A DNA stretch of 64,000 bases from the human T2T-CHM13v2.0 reference genome, Homo sapiens (GCF_009914755.1 NC_060948.1), one strand, 5' to 3'. Numbered from the stretch's first letter, positions 15,180 to 34,516 are shown. A program made the numbers and translations. The notes: generated by a model from the sequence alone, not told the origin.

Positions 15180-17282
15180 AGATCCATATTTTTTAAATGA
15201 AAAAAAATTTCAAAGGTACTCTGCTTGGTACAATAATCAAATGTATAAACTGAGGAATAAAACATAACCATGAAACCTACTTATAACTGCATATGGAAAA
15301 TACAGAGGATAATTTTTTAAATAACATATTTTGAAAGCCTTAACTAGTAATTTGAAGAGTTGGCATTTGAAAGGCCAGTATGAATATACCTTCAAAGCAG
15401 CAACCCATGTTCCCCATGAGAAAAAGCAAACACAGGGAAAATAAAAACACAAAGGTTCAATCTCTTCTGACCTTTGAAAGACACAGCACAGACAGTGGTC
15501 CTTAGGACGAAGAGCAGGAGACCCCTAATTCCGTCACCATGGCGATAGGGCATAAACATTGCTGGGTGAGGGCACAATCCACATTGTGAGGTCCAACTGC
15601 TGCCAGGAAGACAGGAGTGTTTTTACATAGACCGAAAGGTCATTGAAGGCTCAGAGTTTTGTTTCAAGAACTGAATCCCAAGCCCACAGGTTATTAGGCT
15701 GCGCTTCTTAAAACAAGTTATGAGATGGGAAAAAGGGCACCCACAAACATACGTATACATTATGTATATAATAATATACAGTATCATATATATAATATAT
15801 ATAACCTATGTATAATATTGTTTTACATCCTGCATCTTATGATATATATATTGTATAAAATATAATAATTGATAATATATAAGTTTTATAATTATACAAT
15901 ATGACATATAGTATATATTATAATTTATGACATATATAATATATGTTATATGTCATATATAGAATATATTATAGGGTTAATATACGTATTAAATATAAAT
16001 TATACATTATATATATTATATATAATATATCTGTTATATATAATACCCATTATGCATAATATATATATTATGTCTATGTTATATATAGTATAAAACAACA
16101 TATAATAATATATAATTGTATATATAAAATGCGACATAGAATATATATTATATTTTATAACATATGTAATATATATTATATATTATATATAATACGTTGT
16201 ATGTATAATACCTATATTAAATATATATTATATGACTATGTTATTAATTACATGTCACATGTGTTATATATTATATATTTTACATAGAATATACCGGTTA
16301 CATACAATATATACTATGTTACCTATAATGTATAATTTATTACATGTAAAATAAAGAATGCAATATATTATGTATAATTTATAATATACAATATGTGGAA
16401 TGTGATATATATAACATATAATATATGATATATGATATACAGTATATGATATATAACATACAATATATGATTCCTAATATATATGGTATACAATATATAT
16501 TTTATGATATGTATTCTATATGTTTTATATTCTGTTATATATAACTATTTGAAATTATATATAACTGTATAATATTTTATGTAAATATGTAATATAATAT
16601 ATATAACTATATAATATATTATATATAACTATATATTATGTTATATATACTTTTATAACATAATTTACATAAAATATCATAATATAATATATATTATATT
16701 ATTTCATATTACATAATATATATTACATATCACCCAATATAACTAACATACATAATATTATAATATAGATTATATTGTGTTATATTAAATATCATATATA
16801 TCATGTATCATATATTCTATAATATATATTACACATTATATAATATGTATGTTGTCTATTATGTGATATATATAACTATATATAATTATATTTTTATACA
16901 TATAACTAGATAAACCTGTAATTCTACATATTTTCATTTATAATATGTAGAATTATATAATCATATATAATTATTTATATTCTATAAAAAATTTTATCAT
17001 TATATAAATTATAATATATAAAAATTATAGTATGTACTACAAATATATATATTATATATCATATATGATATAGTACCTTTGTTATATATCATAATACATA
17101 TAAATGTGTATTATGTTATCTATAATTATATAATTTCATATATAAGATGTATAATATGTATCATATATTATATATGTTATGTAATATATATAGTATATAT
17201 AAGATGACACAGGATAAATATTATATACTATGACATATAAAATATATGAGGTTATATGTTACATATAAGGCATAGCACATAA

Positions 17283-17597
<315 letters not shown>

Positions 17598-19695
17598 AGA
17601 TCCATATTTTTTAAATGAAAAAAAATTTCAAAGGTACTCTGCTTGGTACAATAATCAAATGTATAAACTGAGGAATAAAACATAACCATGAAACCTACTT
17701 ATAACTGCATATGGAAAATACAGAGGATAATTTTTTAAATAACATATTTTGAAAGCCTTAACTAGTAATTTGAAGAGTTGGCATTTGAAAGGCCAGTATG
17801 AATATACCTTCAAAGCAGCAACACAGGTTCCCCATGAGAAAAAGCAAACACAGGGAAAATAAAAACACAAAGGTTCAATCTCTTCTGACCTTTGAAAGAC
17901 ACAGCACAGACAGTGGTCCTTAGGACGAAGAGCAGGAGACCCCTAATTCCGTCACCATGGCGATAGGGCATAAACATTGCTGGGTGAGGGCACAATCCAC
18001 ATTGTGAGGTCCAACTGCTGCCAGGAAGACAGGAGTGCTTTTACATAGACCGAAAGGTCATTGAAGGCTCAGAGTTTTGTTTCAAGAACTGAATCCCAAG
18101 CCCACACGTTATTAGGCTGCGCTTCTTAAAACAAGTTATGAGATGGGAAAAAGGGCACCCACAAACATACGTATACATTATGTATATAATAATATACAGT
18201 ATCATATATATAATATATATAACCTATGTATAATATTGTTTTACATCCTGCATCTTATGTTATATATATTGTATAAAATATAATAATTGATAATATATAA
18301 GTTTTATAATTATACAATATGACATATAGTATATATTATAATTTATGACATATATAATATATGTTATATATCATATATAGAATATATTATACGGTTAATA
18401 TACGTATTAAATATAAATTATACATTATATATATTATATATAATATATCTGTTATATATAATACCCATTATGCATAATATATATATTATGTCTATGTTAT
18501 ATATAGTATAAAACAACATATAATAATATATAATTGTATATATAAAATGCGACATATAATATATATTATATTTTATAACATATGTAATATATATTATATA
18601 TAATACGTTGTATGTATAATACCTATATTAAATATATATTATATGACTATGTTATTAATTACATGTCACATGTGTTATATATTATATATTTTACATAGAA
18701 TATACCGGTTACATACAATATATACTAAGTTACCTATAATGTATAATTTATTACATGTAAAATAAAGAATGCAATATATTATGTATAATTTATAATATAC
18801 AATATGTGGAATGTGATATATATAACATATAATATATGATATATGATATACAGTATATGATATATAACATACAACATATGATTCCTAATATATATGGTAT
18901 ACAATATATATTTTATGATATGTATTCTATATGTTTTATATTCTGTTATATATAACTATTTGAAATTATATATAACTGTATAATATTTTATGTAAATATG
19001 TAATATAATATATATAACTATATAATATATTATATATAACTATATATTATGTTATATATACTTTTATAACATAATTTACATAAAATATCATAATATAATA
19101 TATATTATATTATTTCATATTACATAATATATATTACATATCACCCAATATAACTAACATACATAATATTATAATATAGATTATATTGTGTTATATTAAA
19201 TATCATATATATCATGTATCATATATTCTATAATATATATTACACATTATATAATATGTATGTTGTCTATTATGTGATATATATAACTCTATATATAATT
19301 ATATTTTTATACATATAACTAGATAAACATGTAATTCTACATATTTTCATTTATAATATGTAGAATTATATAATCATATATAATTATTTATATTCTATAA
19401 AAAATTTTATCATTATATAAATTATAATATATAAAAATTATAATATGTACTACAAATATATATATTATATATCATATATGATATAGTACCTTTGTTATAT
19501 ATCATAATACATATAAATGTGTATTCTGTTATCTATAATTATATAATTTCATATATAAGATGTATAATATGTATCATATATTATATATGTTATGTAATAT
19601 ATACAGCATATATAAGATGACACAGGATAAATATTATATACTATGACATATAAAAAATATGAGGTTATATGTTACATATAAGGCATAGCACATAA

Positions 19696-20010
<315 letters not shown>

Positions 20011-22138
20011 AGATCCATATTTTTTAAATGAAAAAAAATTTCAAAGGTACTCTGCTTGGTACAATAATCAAATGTATAAACTGAGGAATAAAACATAACC
20101 ATGAAACCTACTTATAACTGCATATGGAAAATACAGAGGATAATTTTTTAAATAACATATTTTGAAAGCCTTAACTAGTAATTTGAAGAGTTGGCATTTG
20201 AAAGGCCAGTATGAATATACCTTCAAAGCAGCAACACAGGTTCCCCATGAGGAAAAGCAAACACAGGGAAAATAAAAACACAAAGGTTCAATCTCTTCTG
20301 ACCTTTGAAAGACACAGCACAGACAGTGGTCGTTAGGACGAAGAGCAGGAGACCCCTAATTCCGTCACCATGGCGATAGGGCATAAACATTGCTGGGTGA
20401 GGGCACAATCCACATTGTGAGGTCCAACTGCTGCCAGGAAGACAGGAGTGCTTTTACATAGACCGAAAGGTCATTGAAGGCTCAGAGTTTTGTTTCAAGA
20501 ACTGAATCCCAAGCCCACACGTTATTAGGCTGCGCTTCTTAAAACAAGTTATGAGATGGGAAAAAGGGCACCCACAAACATACGTATACATTATGTATAT
20601 AATAATATACAGTATCATATATATAATATATATAACCTATGTATAATATTGTTTTACATCCTGCATCTTATGTTATATATATTGTATAAAATATAATAAT
20701 TGATAATATATAAGTTTTATAATTATACAATATGACATATAGTATATATTATAATTTATGGCATATATAATATATGTTATATATCATATATAGAATATAT
20801 TATACGGTTAATATACGTATTAAATATAAATTATACATTATATATATTATATATAATATATCTGTTATATATAATACCCATTATGCATAATATATATATT
20901 ATGTCTATGTTATATATAGTATAAAACAACATATAATAATATATAATTGTATATATAAAATGTGACATATAATATATATTATATTTTATAACATATGTAA
21001 TATATATTATATATTATATATAACACGTTGTATGTATAATACCTATATTAAATATATATTATATGACTATGTTATTAATTACATGTCACATGTGTTATAT
21101 ATTATATATTTTACATAGAATATACCGGTTACATACAATATATACTATGTTACCTATAATGTATAATTTATTACATGTAAAATAAAGAATGCAATATATT
21201 ATGTATAATTTATAATATACAATATGTGGAATGTGATATATATAACATATAATATATGATATATGATATACAGTATATGATATATAACATACAATATATG
21301 ATTCCTAATATATATGGTATACAATATATATTTTATGATATGTATTCTATATGTTTTATATTCTGTAATATATAACTATTTGAAATTATATATAACTGTA
21401 TAATATTTTATGTAAATATGTAATATAATATATATAACTATATAATATATTATATATAACTATATATTATGTTATATATACTTTTATAACATAATTTACA
21501 TAAAATATCATAATATAATATATATTATATTATTTCATATTACATAATATATATTACATATCACCCAATATAACTAACATACATAATATTATAATATAGA
21601 TTATATTGTGTTATATTAAATATCATATATATCATGTATCATATATTCTATAATATATATTACACATTATATAATATGTATGTTGTATATTATGTGATAT
21701 ATATAACTCTATATATAATTATATTTTTATACATATAACTAGATAAACATGTAATTCTACATATTTTCATTTATAATATGTAGAATTATATAATCATATA
21801 TAATTATTTATATTCTATAAAAAATTTTATCATTATATAAATTATAATATATAAAAATTATAATATGTACTACAAATATATATATTATATATCATATATG
21901 ATATAGTACCTTTGTTATATATCATAATACATATAAATGTGTATTATGTTATCTATAATTATATAATTTCATATATAAGATGTATAATATGTATCATATA
22001 TTATATATGTTATGTAATATATACAGTATATATAAGATGACACAGGATAAATATTATATACTATGACATATAAAATATATGAGGTTATATGTTACATATA
22101 AGGCATAGCACATAACATGTAATATATATCATATATAA

Positions 22139-22430
22139 TTTTTTTTTATACAGAATCTTGTCCTGTTGCACAGGGTGGGGTACAATGGCGCCATCTTTGC
22201 TCACTGCAACTTCTGCCTCATGGGTCCAAGCGATTGTCCTCCCTCAGCCTCCCAGGTAGCTGGGACTACACCACACTGGGACTACACCAGCTGCCACCAT
22301 GCCTAGCTAATTTTTTGGATTTTTAGTAGTGACAGCGTTTCACTGTATTGGCCAGGATGGTCTTGATCTCTTCACCTTGTGATCCCCTTGCCTTGGCCTC
22401 CAAATTTGCTGGGATTACAGGCCTGAGCCA
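22139..22430 (-). mobile_element. Alu copy 10 (type A)
   Basis: Near-identical to copy 1; carries the tatacag variant. Confidence 0.94.
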
Positions 22431-24528
22431 AGATCCATATTTTTTAAATGAAAAAAAATTTCAAAGTTACTCTGCTTGGTACAATAATCAAATGTATAAA
22501 CTGAGGAATAAAACATAACCATGAAACCTACTTATAACTGCATATGGAAAATACAGAGGATAATTTTTTAAATAACATATTTTGAAAGCCTTAACTAGTA
22601 ATTTGAAGAGTTGGCATTTGAAAGGCCAGTATGAATATACCTTCAAAGCAGCAACACAGGTTCCCCATGAGAAAAAGCAAACACAGGGGAAATAAAAACA
22701 CAGAGGTTCAATCTCTTCTGACCTTTGAAAGACACAGCACAGACAGTGGTCCTTAGGACGAAGAGCAGGAGACCCCTAATTCCGTCACCATGGCGATAGG
22801 GCATAAACATTGCTGGGTGAGGGCACAATCCACATTGTGAGGTCCAACTGCTGCCAGGAAGACAGGAGTGCTTTTACATAGACCGAAAGGTCATTGAAGG
22901 CTCAGAGTTTTGTTTCAAGAACTGAATCCCAAGCCCACACGTTATTAGGCTGCGCTTCTTAAAACAAGTTATGAGATGGGAAAAAGGGCACCCACAAACA
23001 TACGTATACATTATGTATATAATAATATACAGTATCATATATACAATATATATAACCTATGTATAATATTGTTTTACATCCTGCATCTTATGTTATATTT
23101 ATTGTATAAAATATAATAATTGATAATATATAAGTTTTATAATTATACAATACGACATATAGTACATATTATAATTTATGACATATATAGTATATGTTAT
23201 ATATCATATATAGAATATATTATACGGTTAATATACGTATTAAATATAAATTATACATTATATATATTATATATAATATATCTGTTATATATAATACCCA
23301 TTATGCATAATATATATATTATGTCTATGTTATATATAGTATAAAACAACATATAATAATATATAATTGTATATATAAAATGCGACATATAATATATATT
23401 ATATTTTATAACATATGTAATATATATTATATATAACACGTTGTATGTAAAATACCTATATTAAATATATGTTATATGACTATGTTATTAATTACATGTC
23501 ACATGTGTTATATATTATATATTTTACATAGAATATACCGGTTACATACAATATATACTATGTTACCTATAATGTATAATTTATTACATGTAAAATAAAG
23601 AATGCAATATATTATGTATAATTTATAACATACAATATGTGGAATGTGATATATATAACATATAATATATGATATATGATATACAGTATATGATATATAA
23701 CATACAATATATGATTCCTAATATATATGGTATACAATATATATTTTATGATATGTATTCTATATGTTTTATATTCTGTTATATATAACTATTTGAAATT
23801 ACATATAACTGTATAATATTTTATGTAAATATGTAATATAATATATATAACTATATAATATATTATATATAACTATATATTATGTTATATATACTTTTAT
23901 AACATAATTTATATAAAATATCATAATATAATATATATTATATTATTTCATATTACATAATATATATTACATATCACCCAATATAACTAACATACATAAT
24001 ATTATAATATAGATTATATTATGTTATGTTAAATATCATATATATCATGTATCATATATTCTATAATATATATTACACATTATATAATATGTATGTTGTC
24101 TATTATGTGATATATATAACTATATATATAATTATATATTTATACATATAACTAGATAAACATGTAATTCTACATATTTTCATTTATAATATGTAGAATT
24201 ATATAATCATATATAATTATTTATATTCTATAAAAAATTTTATCATTATATAAATTATAATATATAAAAATTATAATATGTACTACAAATATATATATTA
24301 TATATCATATATGATATAGTACCTTTGTTATATATCATAATACATATAAATGTGTATTATGTTATCTATAATTATATAATTTCATAAATAAGATGTATAA
24401 TATGTATCATATATTATATATGTTATGTAATATATACAGCATATATAAGATGACACAGGATAAATATTATATACTATGACATATAAAATATATGAGGTTA
24501 TATGTTACATATAAGGCATAGCACATAA

Positions 24529-24843
<315 letters not shown>

Positions 24844-26968
24844 AGATCCATATTTTTTAAATGAAAAAAAATTTCAAAGGTACTCTGCTTGGTACAATAA
24901 TCAAATGTATAAACTGAGGAATAAAACATAACCATGAAACCTACTTATAACTGCATATGGAAAATACAGAGGATAATTTTTTAAATAACATATTTTGAAA
25001 GCCTTAACTAGTAATTTGAAGAGTTGGCATTTGAAAGGCCAGTATGAATATACCTTCAAAGCAGCAACACAGGTTCCCCATGAGGAAAAGCAAACACAGG
25101 GAAAATAAAAACACAAAGGTTCAATCTCTTCTGACCTTTGAAAGACACAGCACAGACAGTGGTCGTTAGGACGAAGAGCAGGAGACCCCTAATTCCGTCA
25201 CCATGGCGATAGGGCATAAACATTGCTGGGTGAGGGCACAATCCACATTGTGAGGTCCAACTGCTGCCAGGAAGACAGGAGTGCTTTTACATAGACCGAA
25301 AGGTCATTGAAGGCTCAGAGTTTTGTTTCAAGAACTGAATCCCAAGCCCACACGTTATTAGGCTGCGCTTCTTAAAACAAGTTATGAGATGGGAAAAAGG
25401 GCACCCACAAACATACGTATACATTATGTATATAATAATATACAGTATCATATATATAATATATATAACCTATGTATAATATTGTTTTACATCCTGCATC
25501 TTATGTTATATATATTGTATAAAATATAATAATTGATAATATATAAGTTTTATAATTATACAATATGACATATAGTATATATTATAATTTATGACATATA
25601 TAATATATGTTATATATCATATATAGAATATATTATACGGTTAATATACGTATTAAATATAAATTATACATTATATATATAATATATAATATATCTGTTA
25701 TATATAATACCCATTATGCATAATATATATATTATGTCTATGTTATATATAGTATAAAACAACATATAAGAATATATAATTGTATATATAAATGCGACAT
25801 ATAATATATATTATATTTTATAACATATGTAATATATATTATATATTATATATAATACGTTGTATGTATAGTACCTATATTAAATATATATTATATGACT
25901 ATGTTATTAATTACATGTCACATGTGTTATATATTATATATTTTACATAGAATATACCGGTTACATACAATATATACCATGTTACCTATAATGTATAATT
26001 TATTACATGTAAAATAAAGAATGCAATATATTATGTATAATTTATAATATACAATATGTGGAATGTGATATATATAACATATAATATATGATATATGATA
26101 TACAGTATATGATATATAACATACAATATATGATTCCTAATATATATGGTATACAATATATATTTTATGATATGTATTCTATATGTTTTATATTCTGTTA
26201 TATATAACTATTTGAAATTATATATAACTGTATAATATTTTATGTAAATATGTAATATAATATATATAACTATATAATATATTATATATAACTATATATT
26301 ATGTTATATATACTTTTATAACATAATTTACATAAAATATCATAATATAATATGTATTATATTATTTCATATTACATAATATATATTACATATCACCCAA
26401 TATAACTAACATACATAATATTATAATATAGATTATATTATGTTATATTAAATATCATATATATCATGTATCATATATTCTATAATATATATTACACATT
26501 ATATAATATGTATGTTGTCTATTATGTGATATATATAACTATATATATAATTAAATTTTTATACATATAACTAGATAAACATGTAATTCTACATATTTTC
26601 ATTTATAATATGTAGAAGTATATAATCATATATAATTATTTATATTCTATAAAAAATTTTCATTATATAAATTATAATATATAAAAATTATAATATGTAC
26701 TACAAATATATATATTATATATCATATATGATATAGTACCTTTGTTATATATCGTAATACATATAAATGTGTATTATGTTATCTATAATTATATAATTTC
26801 ATATATAAGATGTATAATATGTATCCTATATTATATATGTTATGTAATATATATAGTATATATAAGATGACACAGGATAAATATTATATACTATGACATA
26901 TAAAATATATGAGGTTATATGTTACATAAAAGGCATAGCACATAACATGTAATATATATCATATATAA

Positions 26969-27260
26969 TTTTTTTTTAGACAGAATCTTGTCCTGTTGCA
27001 CAGGGTGGGGTACAATGGCGCCATCTTTGCTCACTGCAACTTCTGCCTCACGGTTCCAAGCGATTGTCCTCCCTCAGCCTCCCAGGTAGCTGGGACTACA
27101 CCACACTGGGACTACACCAGCTGCCACCATGCCTAGCTAATTTTTTGGATTTTTAGTAGTGACAGCGTTTCACTGTATTGGCCAGGATGGTCTTGATCTC
27201 TTCACCTTGTGATCCCCTTGCCTTGGCCTCCAAATTTGCTGGGATTACAGGCCTGAGCCA
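26969..27260 (-). mobile_element. Alu copy 12 (type A)
   Basis: Near-identical to copy 1. Confidence 0.94.
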
Positions 27261-29388
27261 AGATCCATATTTTTTAAATGAAAAAAAATTTCAAAGGTAC
27301 TCTGCTTGGTACAATAATCAAATGTATAAACTGAGGAATAAAACATAACCATGAAACCTACTTATAACTGCATATGGAAAATACAGAGGATAATTTTTTA
27401 AATAACATATTTTGAAAGCCTTAACTAGTAATTTGAAGAGTTGGCATTTGAAAGGCCAGTATGAATATACCTTCAAAGCAGCAACACAGGTTCCCCATGA
27501 GAAAAAGCAAACACAGGGAAAATAAAAACACAAAGGTTCAATCTCTTCTGACCTTTGAAAGACACAGCACAGACAGTGGTCCTTAAGACGAAGAGCAGGA
27601 GACCCCTAATTCCGTCACCATGGCGATAGGGCATAAACATTGCTGGGTGAGGGCACAATCCACATTGTGAGGTCCAACTGCTGCCAGGAAGACAGGAGTG
27701 CTTTTACATAGACCGAAAGGTCATTGAAGGCTCAGAGTTTTGTTTCAAGAACTGAATCCCAAGCCCACATGTTATTAGGCTGCGCTTCTTAAAACAAGTT
27801 ATGAGATGGGAAAAAGGGCACCCACAAACATACGTATACATTATGTATATAATAATATAGAGTGTCATATATATAATATATATAACCTATGTATAATATT
27901 GTTTTACATCCTGCATCTTATGTTATATATATTGTATAAAATATAATAATTGATAATATATAAGTTTTATAATTATACAATATGACATATAGTATATATT
28001 ATAATTTATGACATATATAATATATGTTATATATCATATACAGAATATATTATACGGTTAATATACGTATTAAATATAAATTATACATTATATATATTAT
28101 ATATAATATATCTGTTATATATAATACCCATTATGCATAATATATATATTATGTCTATGTTATATATAGTATAAAACAACATATAATAATATATAATTGT
28201 ATATATAAAATGCGACATATAATATATATTATATTTTATAACATATGTAATATATATTATATATTATATATAATACGTTGTATGTATAATACCTATATTA
28301 AATATATATTATATGACTATGTTATTAATTACATGTCACATGTGTTATATATTATATATTTTACATAGAATATACCGGTTACATACAATATACACTATGT
28401 TACCTATAATGTATAATTTATTACATGTAAAATAAAGAATGCAATATATTATGTATAATTTATAATATACAATATGTGGAATGTGATATATATAACATAT
28501 AATATATGATATATGATATACAGTATATGATATATAACATACAATATATGATTCCTAATATATATGGTATACAATATATATTTTATGATATGTATTCTAT
28601 ATGTTTTATATTCTGTTATATATAACTATTTGAAATTATATGTAACTGTATAATATTTTATGTAAATATGTAATATAATATATATAACTATATAATATAT
28701 TATATATAACTATATATTATGTTATATATACTTTTATAACATAATTTACATAAAATATCATAACATAATATATATTATATTATTTCATATTACATAATAT
28801 ATATTACATATCACCCAATATAACTAACATACATAATATTATAATATAGATTATATTGTGTTATATTAAATATCATATATATCATGTATCATATATTCTA
28901 TAATATATATTACACATTATATAATATGTATGTTGTCTATTATGTGATATATATAACTCTATATATAATTATATTTTTATACATATAACTAGATAAACAT
29001 GTAATTCTACATATTTTCATTTATAATATGTAGAATTATATAATCATATATAATTATTTATATTCTATAAAAAATTTTATCATTATATAAATTATAATAT
29101 ATAAAAATTATAATATGTACTACAAATATATATATTATATATCATATATGATATAGTACCTTTGTTATATATCATAATACATATAAATGTGTATTATGTT
29201 ATCTATAATTATATAATTTCATATATAAGATGTATAATATGTATCATATATTATATATGTTATGTAATTTATATAGTATATATAAGATGACACAGGATAA
29301 ATATTATATACTATGACATATAAAATATATGAGCTTATATTTTACATATAAGGCATAGCACATAACATGTAATATATATCATATATAA

Positions 29389-29680
29389 TTTTTTTTTAGA
29401 CAGAATCTTGTCCTGTTGCACAGGGTGGGGTACAATGGCGCCATCTTTGCTCACTGCAACTTCTGCCTCACGGGTCCAAGCGATTGTCCTCCCTGAGCCT
29501 CCCAGGTAGCTGGGACTACACCACACTGGGACTACACCAGCTGCCACCATGCCTAGCTAATTTTTTGGATTTTTAGTAGTGACAGCGTTTCACTGTATTG
29601 GCCAGGATGGTCTTGATCTCTTCACCTTGTGATCCCCTTGCCTTGGCCTCCAAATTTGCTGGGATTACAGGCCTGAGCCA
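29389..29680 (-). mobile_element. Alu copy 13 (type A)
   Basis: Near-identical to copy 1; carries the ccctgagcc variant. Confidence 0.94.
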
Positions 29681-31805
29681 AGATCTATATTTTTTAAATG
29701 AAAAAAAATTTCAAAGGTACTCTGCTTGGTACAATAATCAAATGTATAAACTGAGGAATAAAACATAACCATGAAACCTACTTATAACTGCATATGGAAA
29801 ATACAGAGGATAATTTTTTAAATAACATATTTTGAAAGCCTTAACTAGTAATTTGAAGAGTTGGCATTTGAAAGGCCAGTATGAATATACCTTCAAAGCA
29901 GCAACACAGGTTCCCCATGAGAAAAAGCAAACACAGGGAAAATAAAAACACAAAGGTTCAATCTCTTCTGACCTTTGAAAGACACAGCACAGACAGTGGT
30001 CCTTAGGACGAAGAGCAGGAGACCCCTAATTCCGTCACCATGGCGATAGGGCATAAACATTGTTAGGTGAGGGCACAATCCACATTGTGAGGTCCAACTG
30101 CTGCCAGGAAGACAGGAGTGCTTTTACATAGACCGAAAGGTCATTGAAGGCTCAGAGTTTTGTTTCAAGAACTGAATCCCAAGCCCACACGTTATTAGGC
30201 TGCGCTTCTTAAAACAAGTTATGAGATGGGAAAAAGGGCACCCACAAACATACGTATACATTATGTATATAATAATATAGAGTGTCATATATATAATATA
30301 TATAACCTATGTATAATATTGTTTTACATCCTGCATCTTATGTTATATATATTGTATAAAATATAATAATTGATAATATATAAGTTTTATAATTATACAA
30401 TATGACATATAGTATATATTATAATTTATGACATATATAATATATGTTATATATCATATATAGAATATATTATACGGTTAATATACGTATTAAATATAAA
30501 TTATACATTATATATATTATATATAATATATCTGTTATATATAATACCCATTATGCATAATATATATATTATGTCTATGTTATATATAGTATAAAACAAC
30601 ATATAATAATATATAATTGTATATATAAAATGCGACATATAATATATATATTTTATAACATATGTAATATATATTATATATTATATATAATACGTTGTAT
30701 GTATAATACCTATATTAAATATATATTATATGACTATGTTATTAATTACATGTCACATGTGTTATATATTATATATTTTACATAGAATATACCGGTTACA
30801 TACAATATACACTATGTTACCTATAATGTATAATTGATTACATGTAAAATAAAGAATGCAATATATTATGTATAATTTATAATATACAATATGTGGAATG
30901 TGATATATATAACATATAATATATGATATATGATATACAGTATATGATATATAACATACAATATATGATTCCTAATATATATGGTATACAATATATATTT
31001 TATGATATGTATTCTATATGTTTTATATTCTGTTATATATAACTATTTGAAATTATATGTAACTGTATAATATTTTATGTAAATATGTAATATAATATAT
31101 ATAACTATATAATATATTATATATAACTATATATTATGTTATATATACTTTTATAACATAATTTACATAAAATATCATAACATAATATATATTATATTAT
31201 TTCATATTACATAATATATATTACATATCACCCAATATAACTAACATACATAATATTATAATATAGATTATATTGTGTTATATTAAATATCATATATATC
31301 AGGTATCATATATTCTATAATATATATTACACATTATATAATATGTATGTTGTCTATTATGTGATATATATAACTCTATATATAATTATATTTTTATACA
31401 TATAACTAGATAAACATGTAATTCTACATATTTTCATTTATAATATGTAGAATTATATAATCATATATAATTATTTATATTCTATGAAAAATTTTATCAT
31501 TATATAAATTATAATATATAAAAATTATAATATGTACTACAAATATATATATTATATATCATATATGATATAGTACCTTTGTTATATATCATAATACATA
31601 TAAATGTGTATTATGTTATCTATAATTATATAATTTCATATATAAGATGTATAATATGTATCATATATTATATATGTTATGTAATTTATATAGTATATAT
31701 AAGATGACACAGGATAAATATTATATACTATGACATATAAAATATATGAGCTTATATTTTACATATAAGGCATAGCACATAACATGTAATATATATCATA
31801 TATAA

Positions 31806-32097
31806 TTTTTTTTTAGACAGAATCTTGTCCCGTTGCACAGGGTGGGGTACAATGGCGCCATCTTTGCTCACTGCAACTTCTGCCTCACGGGTCCAAGCGA
31901 TTGTCCTCCCTGAGCCTCCCAGGTAGCTGGGACTACACCACACTGGGACTACACCAGCTGCCACCATGCCTAGCTAATTTTTTGGATTTTTAGTAGTGAC
32001 AGCGTTTCACTGTATTGGCCAGGATGGTCTTGATCTCTTCACCTTGTGATCCCCTTGCCTTGGCCTCCAAATTTGCTGGGATTACAGGCCTGAGCCA
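31806..32097 (-). mobile_element. Alu copy 14 (type A)
   Basis: Near-identical to copy 13. Confidence 0.94.
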
Positions 32098-34201
32098 AGA
32101 TCTATATTTTTTAAATGAAAAAAAATTTCAAAGGTACTCTGCTTGGTACAATAATCAAATGTATAAACTGAGGAATAAAACATAACCATGAAACCTACTT
32201 ATAACTGCATATGGAAAATACAGAGGATAATTTTTTAAATAACATATTTTGAAAGCCTTAACTAGTAATTTGAAGAGTTGGCATTTGAAAGGCCAGTATG
32301 AATATACCTTCAAACAGCAACACAGGTTCCCCATGAGAAAAAGCAAACACAGGGAAAATAAAAACACAAAGGTTCAATCTCTTCTGACCTTTGAAAGACA
32401 CAGCACAGACAGTGGTCCTTAGGACGAAGAGCAGGAGACCCCTAATTCCGTCACCATGGCGATAGGGCATAAACATTGCTGGGTGAGGGCACAATCCACA
32501 TTGTGAGGTCCAACTGCTGCCAGGAAGACAGGAGTGCTTTTACATAGACCGAAAGGTCATTGAAGGCTCAGAGTTTTGTTTCAAGAACTGAATCCCAAGC
32601 CCACACGTTATTAGGCTGCGCTTCTTAAAACAAGTTCTGAGATGGGAAAAAGGGCACCCACAAACACAAGTATACATTATGTATATAATAATATAGAGTG
32701 TCATATATATAATATATATAACCTATGTATAATATTGTTTTACATCCTGCATCTTATGTTATATATATTGTAGAAAATATAATAATTGATAATATATAAG
32801 TTTTATAATTATACAATATGACATATAGTATATATTTTAATTTATGACATATATAATATATGTTATATATCATATACAGAATATATTATACGGTTAATAT
32901 ACGTATTAAATATAAATTATACATTATATATATTATATATAATATATCTGTTATATATAATACCCATTATGCATAATATATATATTATGTCTATGTTATA
33001 TATAGTATAAAACAACATATAATAATATATAATTGTATATATAAAATGCGACATATAATATATATTATATTTTATAATATATGTAATATATATTATATAT
33101 TATATATAATACGTTGTATGTATAATACCTATATTAAATATATATTATATGACTATGTTATTAATTACATGTCACATGTGTTATATATTATATATTTTAC
33201 ATAGAATATACCGGTTACATACAATATATACTATGTTACCTATAATGTATAATTTATTACATGTAAAATAAAGAATGCAATATATTATGTATAATTTATA
33301 ATATACAATATGTGGAATGTGATATATATAACATATAATATATGATATATGATATACAGTATATGATATATAACATACAATATATGATTCCTAATATATA
33401 TGGTATACAATATATATTTTATGATATGTATTCTATATGTTTTATATTCTGTTATATATAACTATTTGAAATTATATATAACTGTATAATATTTTATGTA
33501 AATATGTAATATAATATATATAACTATATAATATATTATATATAACTATATATTATGTTATATATACTTTTATAACATAATTTACCTAAAATATCATAAT
33601 ATAATATATATTATATTATTTCATATTACATAATATATATTACATATCACCCAATATAACTAACATACATAATATTATAATATAGATTATATTGTGTTAT
33701 ATTAAATATCATATATATCATGTATCATATATTCTATAATATATATTACACATTATATAATATGTATGTTGTCTATTATGTGATATATATAACTATATAT
33801 ATAATTATATTTTTATACATATAACTAGATAAACATGTAATTCTACATATTTTCATTTATAATATGTAGAATTATATAATCATATATAATTACTTATATT
33901 CCATAAAAAATTATAACATTATATAAATTATAATATATAAAAATTATAATATGTACTACAAATATATATATTATATATCATGTATGATATAGTACCTTTG
34001 TTATATATCATAATACATATAAATGTGTATTATGTTATCTATAATTATATAATTTCATATATAAGATATATAATATGTATCATATATTATATATGTTATG
34101 TAATATATATAGTATATATAAGATGACACAGGATAAATATTATATACTATGACATATAAAATATATGAGGTTATATGTTACATATAAGGCATAGCACATA
34201 A

Positions 34202-34516
<315 letters not shown>

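Noticed and set aside
29335-29550. ORFs [10 protein letters not shown]... (also 31752) and 41499-41702
   Set aside because: They are Alu-derived reading frames, opened by point variants in one or two copies.
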